Assembly (NCBI GenBank): GCA_005882055.1
Contig: VBGQ01000095.1
Span: 1-41,815 of the forward strand
Origin: Chloroflexota bacterium
Lineage (GTDB): Bacteria; Chloroflexota; Limnocylindria; QHBO01
DNA length: 41,815 nucleotides
Direction of reading: 5' to 3'
The stretch's first letter is position 1. Every line of letters begins with the position of its first letter. Below the pieces are notes generated by a model. The model did not search any database and was not told the DNA's origin. It saw only the letters and a list, made by a program, of their open reading frames with translations. Positions 17,482-27,360 of the stretch are shown piece by piece. A program made the translations under genes and the position numbers.

Positions 17482-17829
17482 ATGGATGCCATCAAGGAGC
17501 TGGAACGCGAACAGCTGCGGACCGATCGGCCAACGATCGCTCCCGGCGACACGGTTCGTGTTTCGGTCAAGGTGGTCGAGGGAAATCGTGAACGGATCCA
17601 GGTCTTCGAGGGAACCGTCATGCGCATGCGCGGCGGCAGCCTCAACCAGTCGATCACGGTGCGCCGGATCGCCAGCGGCGTCGGCGTGGAGCGAACGTTC
17701 ATGATCCACGCTCCCCGCGTCGACAAGATCGAGGTGGTCCGTCACGGCGTCGCTCGACGCAAGCAGCTGACCTTCCTGCGAACCCGCGTCGGCAAGTCCG
17801 CCACCCTCCGCGAGCGCCGCTCGTCCTGA
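17482..17829 (+). CDS. rplS: 50S ribosomal protein L19
   Basis: [26 protein letters not shown]...[14 protein letters not shown]. Confidence 0.95.
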   Translation: MDAIKELEREQLRTDRPTIAPGDTVRVSVKVVEGNRERIQVFEGTVMRMRGGSLNQSITVRRIASGVGVERTFMIHAPRVDKIEVVRHGVARRKQLTFLRTRVGKSATLRERRSS

Positions 17830-17908
17830 TCCGGTGCTCGATCGCACGGTCCCGGCCAGGCCCAACGGCCGCCGGCCGCACCGCGCGAAACGGCCACGCG
17901 ACGCCCAT

Positions 17909-18541
17909 ATGCGCCACGAGCGCGAGCTGCGCCTGGCCGGATACCAGCACATCGCGGGCATCGACGAGGTAGGCCGCGGCTCGCTGGCAGGTCCCGTCGT
18001 GGCAGCCGCCGTGATCCTGCCCGAGCGCCACCGGATCAGGGGGATTCGGGAAGTCGAGGTGATCGACAAGATCAACATCCTGCAGGCCACCAAGCTGGCC
18101 ATGGGTGAAGCCGTGACCCGATTGACGAGCGCCCCCGACCACCTGGTGATCGATGCCCTGAGCCTGCCGTACGTCGACCTTCCCCAGCGGCCGATCATCG
18201 ATGGCGACGCGATCAGCGCCTCGATTGCCGCGGCCAGCATCGTGGCCAAGGTGACCCGCGATCGCATCTGCGCCGAGTTCGACGAGCGGTATCCCGCCTA
18301 CGGATTCGCCGTGAACAAGGGATACGGCACCCGGCGCCACTATGACGCCCTCATGAGCGAAGGCCCGTGCGCCTGGCACCGGCGCTCCTTCGCGCCGATA
18401 AAGATGCTCCTCGCCGGAACGCAGCTCCCGCTCGATCTCGTCTTCGACGACCTTCCGCTCTTCGACGAGTACGAGTCGGAGCCGCTCGACGACGCGTTCC
18501 AGGTCGATCCGGACGAGGACTGGCAGGCAGCCCTCGGCTGA
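17909..18541 (+). CDS. rnhB: Ribonuclease HII, apparently missing the conserved DSKKL segment
   Basis: GIDEVGRGSLAGPVVAAAVIL, IDKINILQAT, LVIDA, GDAISASIAAASIVAKVTRD and GYGT..H are all present. Only about 11 aa lie between VILPE and (E)VIDKINIL, versus about 40 in E. coli and B. subtilis RnhB as I recall them. An alternative GTG start is at 17834. Confidence 0.85.
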   Translation: MRHERELRLAGYQHIAGIDEVGRGSLAGPVVAAAVILPERHRIRGIREVEVIDKINILQATKLAMGEAVTRLTSAPDHLVIDALSLPYVDLPQRPIIDGDAISASIAAASIVAKVTRDRICAEFDERYPAYGFAVNKGYGTRRHYDALMSEGPCAWHRRSFAPIKMLLAGTQLPLDLVFDDLPLFDEYESEPLDDAFQVDPDEDWQAALG

Positions 18542-18556
18542 GGGGCTGGATCCAGC

Positions 18557-18922
18557 GTGGCCAACCCCCGTCATCAGCTCGGGCTGCGCGCCGAGGCAGC
18601 GGTGGCGGCGTGGCTCGGCAGGGACGGCTGGCGGATCCTGGCTCGTCGCTGGAAGGTTGCTGAGGGGGAGCTGGACCTTGTCGCCATCGATCCGGACGGG
18701 ACGCTGGTCGGCGTGGAAGTGCGCGGCCGTCGCCGCGATCGGTCGGGAAGCGCGCTGGAGAGTGTCGATCACCGGCATCTGACGCGCCTTCGCGGCGCGC
18801 TGGTGCGTTATGCCCTCAGCGAGCCGGTCGCGCACCGCGGGCTGCGCCTCGACCTGGTCACCCTCGATGGCGGTGAATCCAGCTGGCAGATGGTGCGGCA
18901 CCCCGCCATCGACGCCTGGTAG
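18557..18922 (+). CDS. yraN: YraN family endonuclease-like protein (UPF0102)
   Basis: LGLRAEAAVAAWL...GWRILARRWKVAEGELDLVAID..TLVGVEVRGRR. Confidence 0.85.
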   Translation: MANPRHQLGLRAEAAVAAWLGRDGWRILARRWKVAEGELDLVAIDPDGTLVGVEVRGRRRDRSGSALESVDHRHLTRLRGALVRYALSEPVAHRGLRLDLVTLDGGESSWQMVRHPAIDAW

Positions 18923-18931
18923 GCGGTCACC

Positions 18932-19937
18932 TCAGGGCTCGAGCATCTCCTCGAGGAGCAGGATCGAGGCGATGTACGGCCGGCTGACCGGGAAGATCCC
19001 GTGGCGGTCCACCGCTCGCTGGCCCTGGTAGTAGGCCGCCAGGGCTCGGCGCAGGTCGCCGCGGTACCGCACGAGGTAGTGCTTGAGCAGCGTGACGCCG
19101 GCCCGTACGTTGGACCGCGTGTCGTGGATGTCGACCGGTGCGTGCAGCATCGCGTCGGCGATCCACTCGGCGGTGTCGGGGAGCAGCTGCATCACCCCGA
19201 TCGCGCCCGCACCGCTGACGGCGCTCTGGCGCCAGCCCGATTCCTGCCAGGCCACCGCCAGTGCGAGGGAGACGGGCACGCCCGCGCGTTGCGCCTCGGT
19301 CACGATGAGGTCACGGGTCCAGGCACGGCGGGCCATGAGCCCCTGCGTCTGGGCTCCGAGGCGGGCCGTCGACCAGCTGGTCTGGATGCTCCGGTGGGTG
19401 CTCGGGACGAGGAGGTGCTGCCCGACCTGGATGTAGCCAGCGCTCGGCAGGTGATTGAGAGAGACCAGCACCGCGATGCTCGTCGCGTTGCGCCACGCGA
19501 TCCCGCTCAGGGTCTCACCGGAGCTCACGACGTGGACGGCGGTCGTCGGTGCGCCCGTGGACGCCGGCTGGCCCGCGGGGGCTGCTCCGCTAGTGAGGAT
19601 GCGCAGGCGCTGCCCCGGCACGATGTGGTTGGCGTTTCCAAGCTGGTTCGAGGCCACGATGGCCGTCACCGAGGTTCCATATCTCGCCGCGATCGTGGTC
19701 AGGTTCTCACCAGGGTTGACCACGTGGACCACCACGCGCGAAGGGGCCCCGTTGGTCGAGCCGGCCGCGCGCGCGCCGGACGAGAGGATGATCACCTCGC
19801 CGGGCAGGATGAGGTCAGCGTCCCGAAATCACCGAAGGCCCCGCCGCCAGCGCCTGGCTGCCGAGCATCGGGCCTCCGAGCAGCACCAGGGCAAGCGTCC
19901 CCGCGCTGGTTGCCACGGCTCCGCGGCGCAGTTGCAT
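18932..19937 (-). pseudogene. Secreted LysM-repeat lytic transglycosylase (SLT domain), signal peptide out of frame with body
   Basis: The body ORF (18932-19795) has two LysM repeats (VHVVNPGENLTTIAARYG..., VHVVSSGETLSGIA...) and an SLT core (AWQESGW...IGVMQLLP). The signal peptide MQLRRGAVATSAGTLALVLLGGPMLGSQALA (ATG 19937, GGAGGAG Shine-Dalgarno) is in a different frame and stops at 19815. The body frame opens at 19828 with DADLILPGEVIIL, which looks like the tail of a third LysM lacking its first half. Confidence 0.7.
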
Positions 19938-20154
19938 CGTCTCCTCCTGCCGGCCGTGGCCGGCGCCCTCCCGCCACGCTGCCGCCCACGAAGGCGGCCA
20001 TCGGTGCAGGCGGTGCAGCAATTCGGGATCGATGCTCCCCAGCCTCGGCGAGAGGGTCAAAGGTACGAAGGCGTGGGCTGCTGGTACCTTCGTACCGGTG
20101 CGGTAGGGTCCGGTGGGGTCCCGGATCCAGCCCCGAGGGCCGATCGGTCGATCG

Positions 20155-20163
20155 TGGTACACT
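20155..20163 (+). promoter_or_regulatory. Putative extended -10 (TGGTACACT) upstream of rpsB
   Basis: A TGn-TAnnnT arrangement about 160 nt before the rpsB ATG. The implied 5' UTR contains hairpins CTGATC/GATCAG (20228-20243) and GCCAG/CTGGC (20254-20266). Confidence 0.3.
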
Positions 20164-20323
20164 CAATTCGGCCTCGCAGCCCGCCGCGCGGCGGTGCTCG
20201 ACGCCAACGTCCCATCACACACGCTTGCTGATCCCTCGATCAGGGTGCCCGCAGCCAGATCCTGGCCGGGTCGATCACGGGGAAACGAGGCGAGCGGAGG
20301 AAGAACCAAAGGAGTTTGCCCCA

Positions 20324-21236
<913 letters not shown>

Positions 21237-21312
21237 GCAAAAGGACGTGCCGGCAACGCGAGGCTCGCGGCCGGCATGGGTAGCGGAACCCCAGCGAATC
21301 CAGGAAGGAACC

Positions 21313-21951
21313 ATGACCACGACCATGATCAAGCCCGAGGACGTCAAGCGGCTGCGTGAGCAGACCGGCGCCGGCGTCATGGACTGCAAGCGCGCCCTCG
21401 AGGAGAGTGGAGGAGACGTCGAGAAGGCGATCACCTGGCTCCGCGAGAAGGGCCTCTCGACCGCCGCACAGAAGGCCGGTCGTGCTGCCCTCGAAGGTGT
21501 CGTCACCTCCTACATCCACCATGGCTCGCGCCTTGGCGTGCTGCTCGAGCTCAACTGCGAGACCGATTTCGTGGCACGCACCGATGACTTCCACCAGCTC
21601 GCTCGTGAGCTGGCGATGGCCGTGGCCGGGCATGGCCCGGCGTACGTCTCGCGCGACCAGGTGCCGGGGGACGTACTCGAGGCCCAACGCCGCGCATTCA
21701 CGCTCGACGCGGAGCAGGAGGGGCGACCTGCCGACCGGGTGGCAGCGATCGTCGAGGGCAAGCTCAACAAGTGGCTCGAGAGCGCCTGCCTGATGGAGCT
21801 GCCGTATCGGGATACCGATCGCAAGATCGCCGACCTGATCACCGAGAAGATTGCGCTGCTCAAGGAGAACATCCGGGTCGCGCGCTTCGCGAGGATGGCC
21901 GTGGGCGAGACCAGCTCCGGTTCCGCAGGGGCCGGGCCTGAGGCTGCCTGA
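21313..21951 (+). CDS. tsf: Elongation factor Ts (short form)
   Basis: [37 protein letters not shown]... The upstream part of ORF 20974..21951 overlaps rpsB and is not coding. Confidence 0.93.
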   Translation: MTTTMIKPEDVKRLREQTGAGVMDCKRALEESGGDVEKAITWLREKGLSTAAQKAGRAALEGVVTSYIHHGSRLGVLLELNCETDFVARTDDFHQLARELAMAVAGHGPAYVSRDQVPGDVLEAQRRAFTLDAEQEGRPADRVAAIVEGKLNKWLESACLMELPYRDTDRKIADLITEKIALLKENIRVARFARMAVGETSSGSAGAGPEAA

Positions 21952-21956
21952 GGCTC

Positions 21957-22715
21957 ATGACCGACGCCTCGTCTTCGCAAGCGACCCAGCAGGAACTGCG
22001 CTATCGGCGGGTCCTGCTGAAGCTGTCGGGCGAGTCGTTGATGGGCAGCCGCCCTTACGGGGTTGATCCCGACGTGACCCGGACGATCGCCGGCCAGCTC
22101 GCGGAGGCACAGGCGCTCGGTGTGGCGATCGCGGTCGTGGTTGGGGGCGGCAACATCTTTCGTGGGCTGGCCGCCGCGGCGCGCGGCATGGACCGCGCCA
22201 CGGGTGACTACATGGGCATGCTGGCCACGGTCATGAACGGCCTGGCCCTCCAGGACGCGCTCGAGCAGCTCGAATGCCCCACGCGCGTCATGAGCGCCAT
22301 CGCCATGAACGAGATCTGCGAGCCGTATATCCGGCGTCGCGCGGAGCGTCACCTCGAGAAGGGACGCGTGATCATCCTGGTCGCCGGAACCGGCAACCCC
22401 TACTTCACGACCGATACCGCTGCCACCCTCCGAGCAGTCGAGATCCACGCGGAGGTGATCCTGAAGGCCACCCGGGTGGACGGGGTGTACGATGCCGACC
22501 CCGAGCTGCATCCCGATGCCACGCGATACACCCAGATCGGCTACACGGATCTGCTCGCCAATCGCCTCGGAGCGCTCGACGCGACCGCCGTCAGCCTCGC
22601 AATGGACAACGAGATGCCGATCGTGGTGTTCGACATGACACGCAGCGGCAACATCCTCCGGGCCATCCGCGGCGAATCGATCGGAACCTTGATTGCCGGG
22701 GAGGGAATCCGATGA
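21957..22715 (+). CDS. pyrH: UMP kinase
   Basis: [37 protein letters not shown]. Confidence 0.94.
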   Translation: MTDASSSQATQQELRYRRVLLKLSGESLMGSRPYGVDPDVTRTIAGQLAEAQALGVAIAVVVGGGNIFRGLAAAARGMDRATGDYMGMLATVMNGLALQDALEQLECPTRVMSAIAMNEICEPYIRRRAERHLEKGRVIILVAGTGNPYFTTDTAATLRAVEIHAEVILKATRVDGVYDADPELHPDATRYTQIGYTDLLANRLGALDATAVSLAMDNEMPIVVFDMTRSGNILRAIRGESIGTLIAGEGIR

Positions 22716-23269
22716 CGCACGCCGCGGTGATCGCCTCCGAGCCGAAGATGCAGCGGGGGCTGGAGGCGATGGAGCGCGACTTCGCGGGATTTCGCACGAG
22801 ACGCGCTTCCACCACCCTCGTGGTGCGAATCTCTGTGGACTACTACGGGAACCCCACCCCGCTCAACCAGCTCGCCAGCATCAGCGTCCCGGATCCGCAT
22901 CTAATCGTCATCCAGCCGTGGGACCGATCCGTCCTCTCGGCGATCGACAAGGCGATCACGCGCAGCGATATCGGACTGGTGCCCAACGTCGACGGCACGG
23001 TCGTCCGTCTCAGCGTCCCACCGCTCACCGAGGAACGCCGCCGCGAGATGGTCAAGCAGGTCCGCAAGCGCGCCGAAGAAGCGCGTGTCGAGGTACGCCA
23101 TCACCGTCGTGAGGCGGCGGACCAGCTGAAGAAAGCGCTCCGCGACGGCGAGATCTCCGAGGATGAGGAGCGTCGCGAGCTCGACGCGCTGCAGCGGGTC
23201 CACGATCGGTTCATCGATGCGATCGACGGGCGCAGCCAGCACAAGGAAGCCGAAGTGATGGAGGTCTGA
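22712..23269 (+). CDS. frr: Ribosome recycling factor
   Basis: ATGA overlap with pyrH; ...[22 protein letters not shown]...[16 protein letters not shown]... Confidence 0.93.
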   Translation: MTHAAVIASEPKMQRGLEAMERDFAGFRTRRASTTLVVRISVDYYGNPTPLNQLASISVPDPHLIVIQPWDRSVLSAIDKAITRSDIGLVPNVDGTVVRLSVPPLTEERRREMVKQVRKRAEEARVEVRHHRREAADQLKKALRDGEISEDEERRELDALQRVHDRFIDAIDGRSQHKEAEVMEV

Positions 23270-23273
23270 CGCG

Positions 23274-23966
23274 CTGTCTGGCCGTGACCGACCGCGTCAT
23301 GTCGCGATCATCATGGATGGCAACCGCCGCTGGGCGGCTGCCCATGGCCTGCCCGCGATTGCCGGCCACGTGCAGGGCGTCGAGGCCATCAAGCCGATCG
23401 TCCGTGCCGCTCCCGATCGCGGCATCGAGGTGCTGAGCCTCTACGTCTTCAGCCAGGAGAACTGGCGGCGGACGGAGGATGAGGTGTCCGGGCTGTTCGG
23501 CCTGGTGGACGCCGCGGTGCGTGAGAACACCGAGGAGCTCGTGAAGCAGGGCGTGCGGGTACGTGTCATCGGCCGCCCGCACGAGGTCCCTCACGAGATC
23601 TACGGCTCGATTCAGCGCGCCGAGGAGCGGACCCGTCGCGGGACGAAGATGGTGCTGAACATCGCCTTCAACTACTCCGGGCGCAGCGAGATCATCGACG
23701 CGGTCCGAGCCCTGCTCGCCGCTCACGTCGATCCGCCGCAGGTCACCGAGGAGCTGGTGGAACGCCATCTCTACACGTGGGGGCAGCCGGACGTCGACCT
23801 GCTCATCCGAACCGCCGGCGAGCATCGCATGAGCAACTTCCTGCTCTGGCAGAGCAACTACGCGGAGCTCGTCTTTACCTCGACGCTCTGGCCGGACTTC
23901 TCCATCGCCGACCTGGACTCGGCCATCACCGAGTTCGCGAACCGACACCGCCGCTTCGGCTCCTAG
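23274..23966 (+). CDS. uppS: Undecaprenyl-diphosphate synthase (probable CTG start)
   Basis: RPRHVAIIMDGNRRWA..., FSQENW.R, NYSGR and RTAGEHRMSNFLLWQ are present. The first ATG (23313) falls inside the conserved HVAIIMDGN strand. The frame is closed by a stop at 23256. GGAGG at 23260-23264 lies 9 nt before CTG at 23274. Confidence 0.85.
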   Translation: MSGRDRPRHVAIIMDGNRRWAAAHGLPAIAGHVQGVEAIKPIVRAAPDRGIEVLSLYVFSQENWRRTEDEVSGLFGLVDAAVRENTEELVKQGVRVRVIGRPHEVPHEIYGSIQRAEERTRRGTKMVLNIAFNYSGRSEIIDAVRALLAAHVDPPQVTEELVERHLYTWGQPDVDLLIRTAGEHRMSNFLLWQSNYAELVFTSTLWPDFSIADLDSAITEFANRHRRFGS

Positions 23967-23979
23967 AGACGCACGACCG

Positions 23980-24879
23980 ATGCTGCGAACCCGCCTGCTG
24001 ACCGCCGCGGTGCTGGTGCCGATCGTCCTCGTGATCATCGCCCTGGGCGAGCCATGGCTCTCGATCGCGGTCGGTGCGCTCGTCTTCCTGGGGATGGCGG
24101 AGCTGATCAACCTGCTCGACGCCGCAGGCTATCAGCCTCCTCAGGTCGTGACGCTCCTCGGCGGGACCGCGGTGAGCGGCGCCGGCCTGCTGGTTGCCAA
24201 CCGCGATGCCGTCAGCGGCCTGCCCGGCGAGCTGTTGCGCCTGACGCAACCGGTGGGCCTGGTGATTGCCGCCTTCGTGGTCGCCGTGCTGCTCCTGGGC
24301 TTCGCGGGATTCACGCGCGCGGACCCGCGCAACGGCTTCGCGACATGGGCGATCAGCTCGTTTGGCGTCGGCTACCTCGGCATCCTGGCACCCTTCATCG
24401 CGCTGCTCGGCCATCTTGGACCAGCCGGAGGCTCCGCCTCGACCGAGATCGGTCCGCTCGGCCTGCGCGCCGGGATGGCGTGGCCGCTGCTGCTGGTCCT
24501 GATCGTGTGGGGCTACGACACCGGCGCGTACCTCACCGGCAGGTGGCTTGGGCGGAATCGGCTCATCGACCACATCAGCCCCTCGAAGACGGTCGAAGGG
24601 CTCGTCGGCGGCCTGGTGCTGGCGACCGCTGCCGCGGGGATCGGAGCCTGGCTGATCGGTCTTCCGGCGTGGCATCCGCTGGTCATCGGTCCCGTCGTGG
24701 GCATCACCGCCCAGGCGGGCGACCTCGCCGAGTCCATGTTGAAACGAGCGGCAGGGCGAAAGGAATCCGGCTTCCTGATCCCCGGGCACGGCGGCATTCT
24801 CGACCGGATCGATTCCTTCCTGTTCGCGGCTCCGGTGGTCGCCGGGTACGCGCTCCTCGTCGCCGGCTTCGTGGTGTAG
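23980..24879 (+). CDS. cdsA: Phosphatidate cytidylyltransferase
   Basis: Multi-TM protein; SPSKTVEG..GG, GDL.ES..KR..G.K.SG.LIPGHGGILDRIDS. Confidence 0.92.
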   Translation: MLRTRLLTAAVLVPIVLVIIALGEPWLSIAVGALVFLGMAELINLLDAAGYQPPQVVTLLGGTAVSGAGLLVANRDAVSGLPGELLRLTQPVGLVIAAFVVAVLLLGFAGFTRADPRNGFATWAISSFGVGYLGILAPFIALLGHLGPAGGSASTEIGPLGLRAGMAWPLLLVLIVWGYDTGAYLTGRWLGRNRLIDHISPSKTVEGLVGGLVLATAAAGIGAWLIGLPAWHPLVIGPVVGITAQAGDLAESMLKRAAGRKESGFLIPGHGGILDRIDSFLFAAPVVAGYALLVAGFVV

Positions 24880-24883
24880 CCGG

Positions 24884-26026
24884 GTGCTGGGGATCGCCGT
24901 CCTCGGATCAAGCGGCTCGATTGGGCGACAGACGCTCGAGGTGATCGCCGCGCACCCGGCCCGCTTTCGGGTGCGAGCCCTGGCTGCCGGCCACGCCAGC
25001 GCGACATTCCTGGTGCAGCTCGGAGACTGTCCCGATGCGGCGGCGTGGGTCAGCGAGGGCAAGCCAGCCACCATCGCCGTCGAGCGCTGGGCAGAGGGCG
25101 GTCTCGAGGAGCTGGTCGAGCTCGATGGCGTCGACCTGGTCGTGGTGGCGACGACCGGCATGGCCGCGCTGCCGGCGGTGCTCAGGGCGCTGGCTGCCGA
25201 GCGGATCGTGGCGCTTGCCAACAAGGAGACGCTGGTCACCGGCGGGCACCTGGTCTCGACCGCCCTGGCGCGCGACGGCGACCCGCTCGAGCGCCTGCGG
25301 CCGGTCGACAGCGAGCACTCGGCGATCTGGCAATGCCTGCTGGGCGAGCGGAGGGACGACGTCACACGACTGATCCTGACCGCTTCGGGAGGTCCGTTTC
25401 GGGAACGAGAGGTCGAGACGCTCCCACGGGTTACGGTTGAGGAGGCACTCGCTCATCCCACCTGGCGGATGGGACCCAAGATCACCATCGACTCGGCGAC
25501 GCTGGTCAACAAGGCGTTCGAGGCGATCGAGGCTCGATGGTTGTATGGCCTGCCGTACTCTAGAATCGAGGCCGTGATCCACCCCTCGAGCGTGGTCCAC
25601 TCGCTCGTGGAGTTCGCAGACGGATCGTTCAAGGCCCAGCTGGGCCTCCCCGACATGCATCTTCCGATCCAGTACGCCCTGACCTACCCAAACCGATTGC
25701 CCTCTCCAGGGCGCCACGCGCCGCCTGCGGACTGGGGGTCGCTTGAGTTCCGAGAGCTCGATCCATCGCGGTACGCGGGCTATCAGGTGGTGCGCGAGGC
25801 GGCCGCCGCCGGTGGCAACCGGGGGACGATTCTGAACGCGGCGGATGAGGTGGCTGTTGCCGCGTTTCTGGGTGGTCGGCTCACCTTCGACCGCATCCCG
25901 ATGGTCATCGATGACGCCGTGGTGCGCTGGGGGTCGCCACAGGAACCCGACCTGGCGACGATCGTCGATCTCGATCGCGAGGTTCGTGAGGCGCTGCGTG
26001 CGGATCTGGGAATGGCCGCGACATGA
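24884..26026 (+). CDS. dxr: 1-deoxy-D-xylulose-5-phosphate reductoisomerase
   Basis: IAVLGSSGSIGRQTL, LANKETLV, DSEHSAI.QC, LTASGGPF and HP.W.MG.KITIDSAT. Confidence 0.94.
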   Translation: MLGIAVLGSSGSIGRQTLEVIAAHPARFRVRALAAGHASATFLVQLGDCPDAAAWVSEGKPATIAVERWAEGGLEELVELDGVDLVVVATTGMAALPAVLRALAAERIVALANKETLVTGGHLVSTALARDGDPLERLRPVDSEHSAIWQCLLGERRDDVTRLILTASGGPFREREVETLPRVTVEEALAHPTWRMGPKITIDSATLVNKAFEAIEARWLYGLPYSRIEAVIHPSSVVHSLVEFADGSFKAQLGLPDMHLPIQYALTYPNRLPSPGRHAPPADWGSLEFRELDPSRYAGYQVVREAAAAGGNRGTILNAADEVAVAAFLGGRLTFDRIPMVIDDAVVRWGSPQEPDLATIVDLDREVREALRADLGMAAT

Positions 26027-27177
26027 TGGGCGTCGTCGGCACCATCCTCGCCTTCGTCGTCGTCCTCGTGATCCTGGTGCTGGTGCACGAGCTCGGTCAC
26101 TTCATCGCCGCCAAGCTGGCGGGCATCACCGTCGAGGAGTTCGGGATCGGATTCCCGCCGCGCCTGGCCTCGGTCATCTGGCGCGGCACGCGCTATTCCC
26201 TCAATGCCATCCCTCTCGGCGGCTTCGTGAAGATGCTGGGGGAGAACGGTGAGAGCGACGCCGAGCGCATGCGCAGCCGTGGCCTCTCGGCGGCGGCCGT
26301 CGAGCACGCGATGGCGGGAGCCTTCAATCGCAAGCCGATATGGGTGCGCGTCCTGGTGCTGGTGGCGGGCGTGGCGATGAACTTCGTGCTAGCGGTGGTG
26401 CTCTACGCGGTGGCCTTCACGCAGCCCGTGCCCGACCACGTTGGACCCCTGACGGTGACGTCCGTGCAGCCCGGCTCCCCGGCGGCCATCGGCAAGAGCC
26501 CATTGCTGGTCGGGGACCGAATCGTGGGCGTCGACGACAAGCGCTTCGGCATTGGAAAGGGTGACTTCCACCTCGCTCGCCAGCTCACCGATTACGTGAA
26601 CGCCCGGGCGGGCCAAGGCGTCGTGCTCTGGATCGTCCGCAACGGACACCAGCTGGGTGTCTCCGTCACGCCACGTTCCCTGACCGAGGCGCAGCGGGAG
26701 CAGGGGATCGGGCCGGTGGGATTCGGCTGGGAGTCACCCATCGTGGATGGTCCGCCGACGGCGAGCGGTCCCTTCCAGGCCGCCGATCTTGCCCTGCAAA
26801 CGGCCACCGACAACGCGGTCCAGATACCCGGAGCGCTGGCCAAGACGGTCGCCGGCCTGTTGGGCCTGGCTCCAAATACCGGGGAGGCCCGCGGCCCAAT
26901 CGGTATCGCGCAGGTGACCGGCGAGGTGCTCCAGGAACCGCTGGTGACCCAGCTCCTGTTCATGGGCCTCCTGTCGGTCAACCTGGCAATCCTCAACGTG
27001 CTTCCCTTCCCGCCGCTGGACGGCGGCCGCGTGGCGGTCGTGCTGCTCGAGGCGGTGCGACGGCGGCGGCTGCCGGCGGAGCGCGAAGCGCTGATCTACC
27101 TCACCGGGTTCCTGGTGCTCATCACGCTGGTGATCCTCATCTCCATCCAGGACATCGCGCGGCTGCCGGGTAGCTGA
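26023..27177 (+). CDS. rseP: RIP (site-2) zinc metalloprotease RseP, M50 family with PDZ domain
   Basis: HELGHF motif, a central PDZ-like segment, and NVLPFPPLDGG. ATGA overlap with dxr. Confidence 0.92.
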   Translation: MMGVVGTILAFVVVLVILVLVHELGHFIAAKLAGITVEEFGIGFPPRLASVIWRGTRYSLNAIPLGGFVKMLGENGESDAERMRSRGLSAAAVEHAMAGAFNRKPIWVRVLVLVAGVAMNFVLAVVLYAVAFTQPVPDHVGPLTVTSVQPGSPAAIGKSPLLVGDRIVGVDDKRFGIGKGDFHLARQLTDYVNARAGQGVVLWIVRNGHQLGVSVTPRSLTEAQREQGIGPVGFGWESPIVDGPPTASGPFQAADLALQTATDNAVQIPGALAKTVAGLLGLAPNTGEARGPIGIAQVTGEVLQEPLVTQLLFMGLLSVNLAILNVLPFPPLDGGRVAVVLLEAVRRRRLPAEREALIYLTGFLVLITLVILISIQDIARLPGS

Positions 27178-27259
27178 CGCGCGGGCAGGGGTATCGCGAC
27201 CGGCGCCCGCCGGGCGCTCGGTTCCGCCTGCCTGCCATTTGGCGGGAGATGGTGGGGAC

Positions 27260-27268
27260 TGGTATACT
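27260..27268 (+). promoter_or_regulatory. Putative extended -10 (TGGTATACT) upstream of the nusA leader
   Basis: A TGn-TATACT box about 55 nt upstream of the leader terminator stem and 116 nt before the nusA GTG. Confidence 0.35.
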
Positions 27269-27322
27269 TCGGCTGGTTTCGCCGGCCGTATCAGCGGACC
27301 AAATCGATATCGAGCTGAGCAC

Positions 27323-27360
27323 GGACGTGGGTCGGATCACCATCCCACGTCCTGTTTTTT
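27323..27360 (+). terminator. Intrinsic terminator / candidate attenuator in the nusA leader
   Basis: A perfect 9-bp stem pairs GGACGTGGG (27323-27331) with CCCACGTCC (27344-27352). The loop is 12 nt and the stem is followed by TGTTTTTT (27353-27360). The T-run is a strong outlier in this GC-rich sequence and ends 24 nt before the nusA GTG. Confidence 0.6.

Noticed and set aside
19938-20160. A possible ydaO (c-di-AMP) riboswitch in the leader of the LysM-SLT hydrolase gene.
   Set aside because: I read the minus strand for the conserved blocks I remember (CGCUNAAUC, GGGGACCCA, CCGAACCCGnCAGCUAACCUCGUAAGCG) and found only loose GGGGAGC and CCCGAA fragments. An Rfam scan is still needed to be sure.
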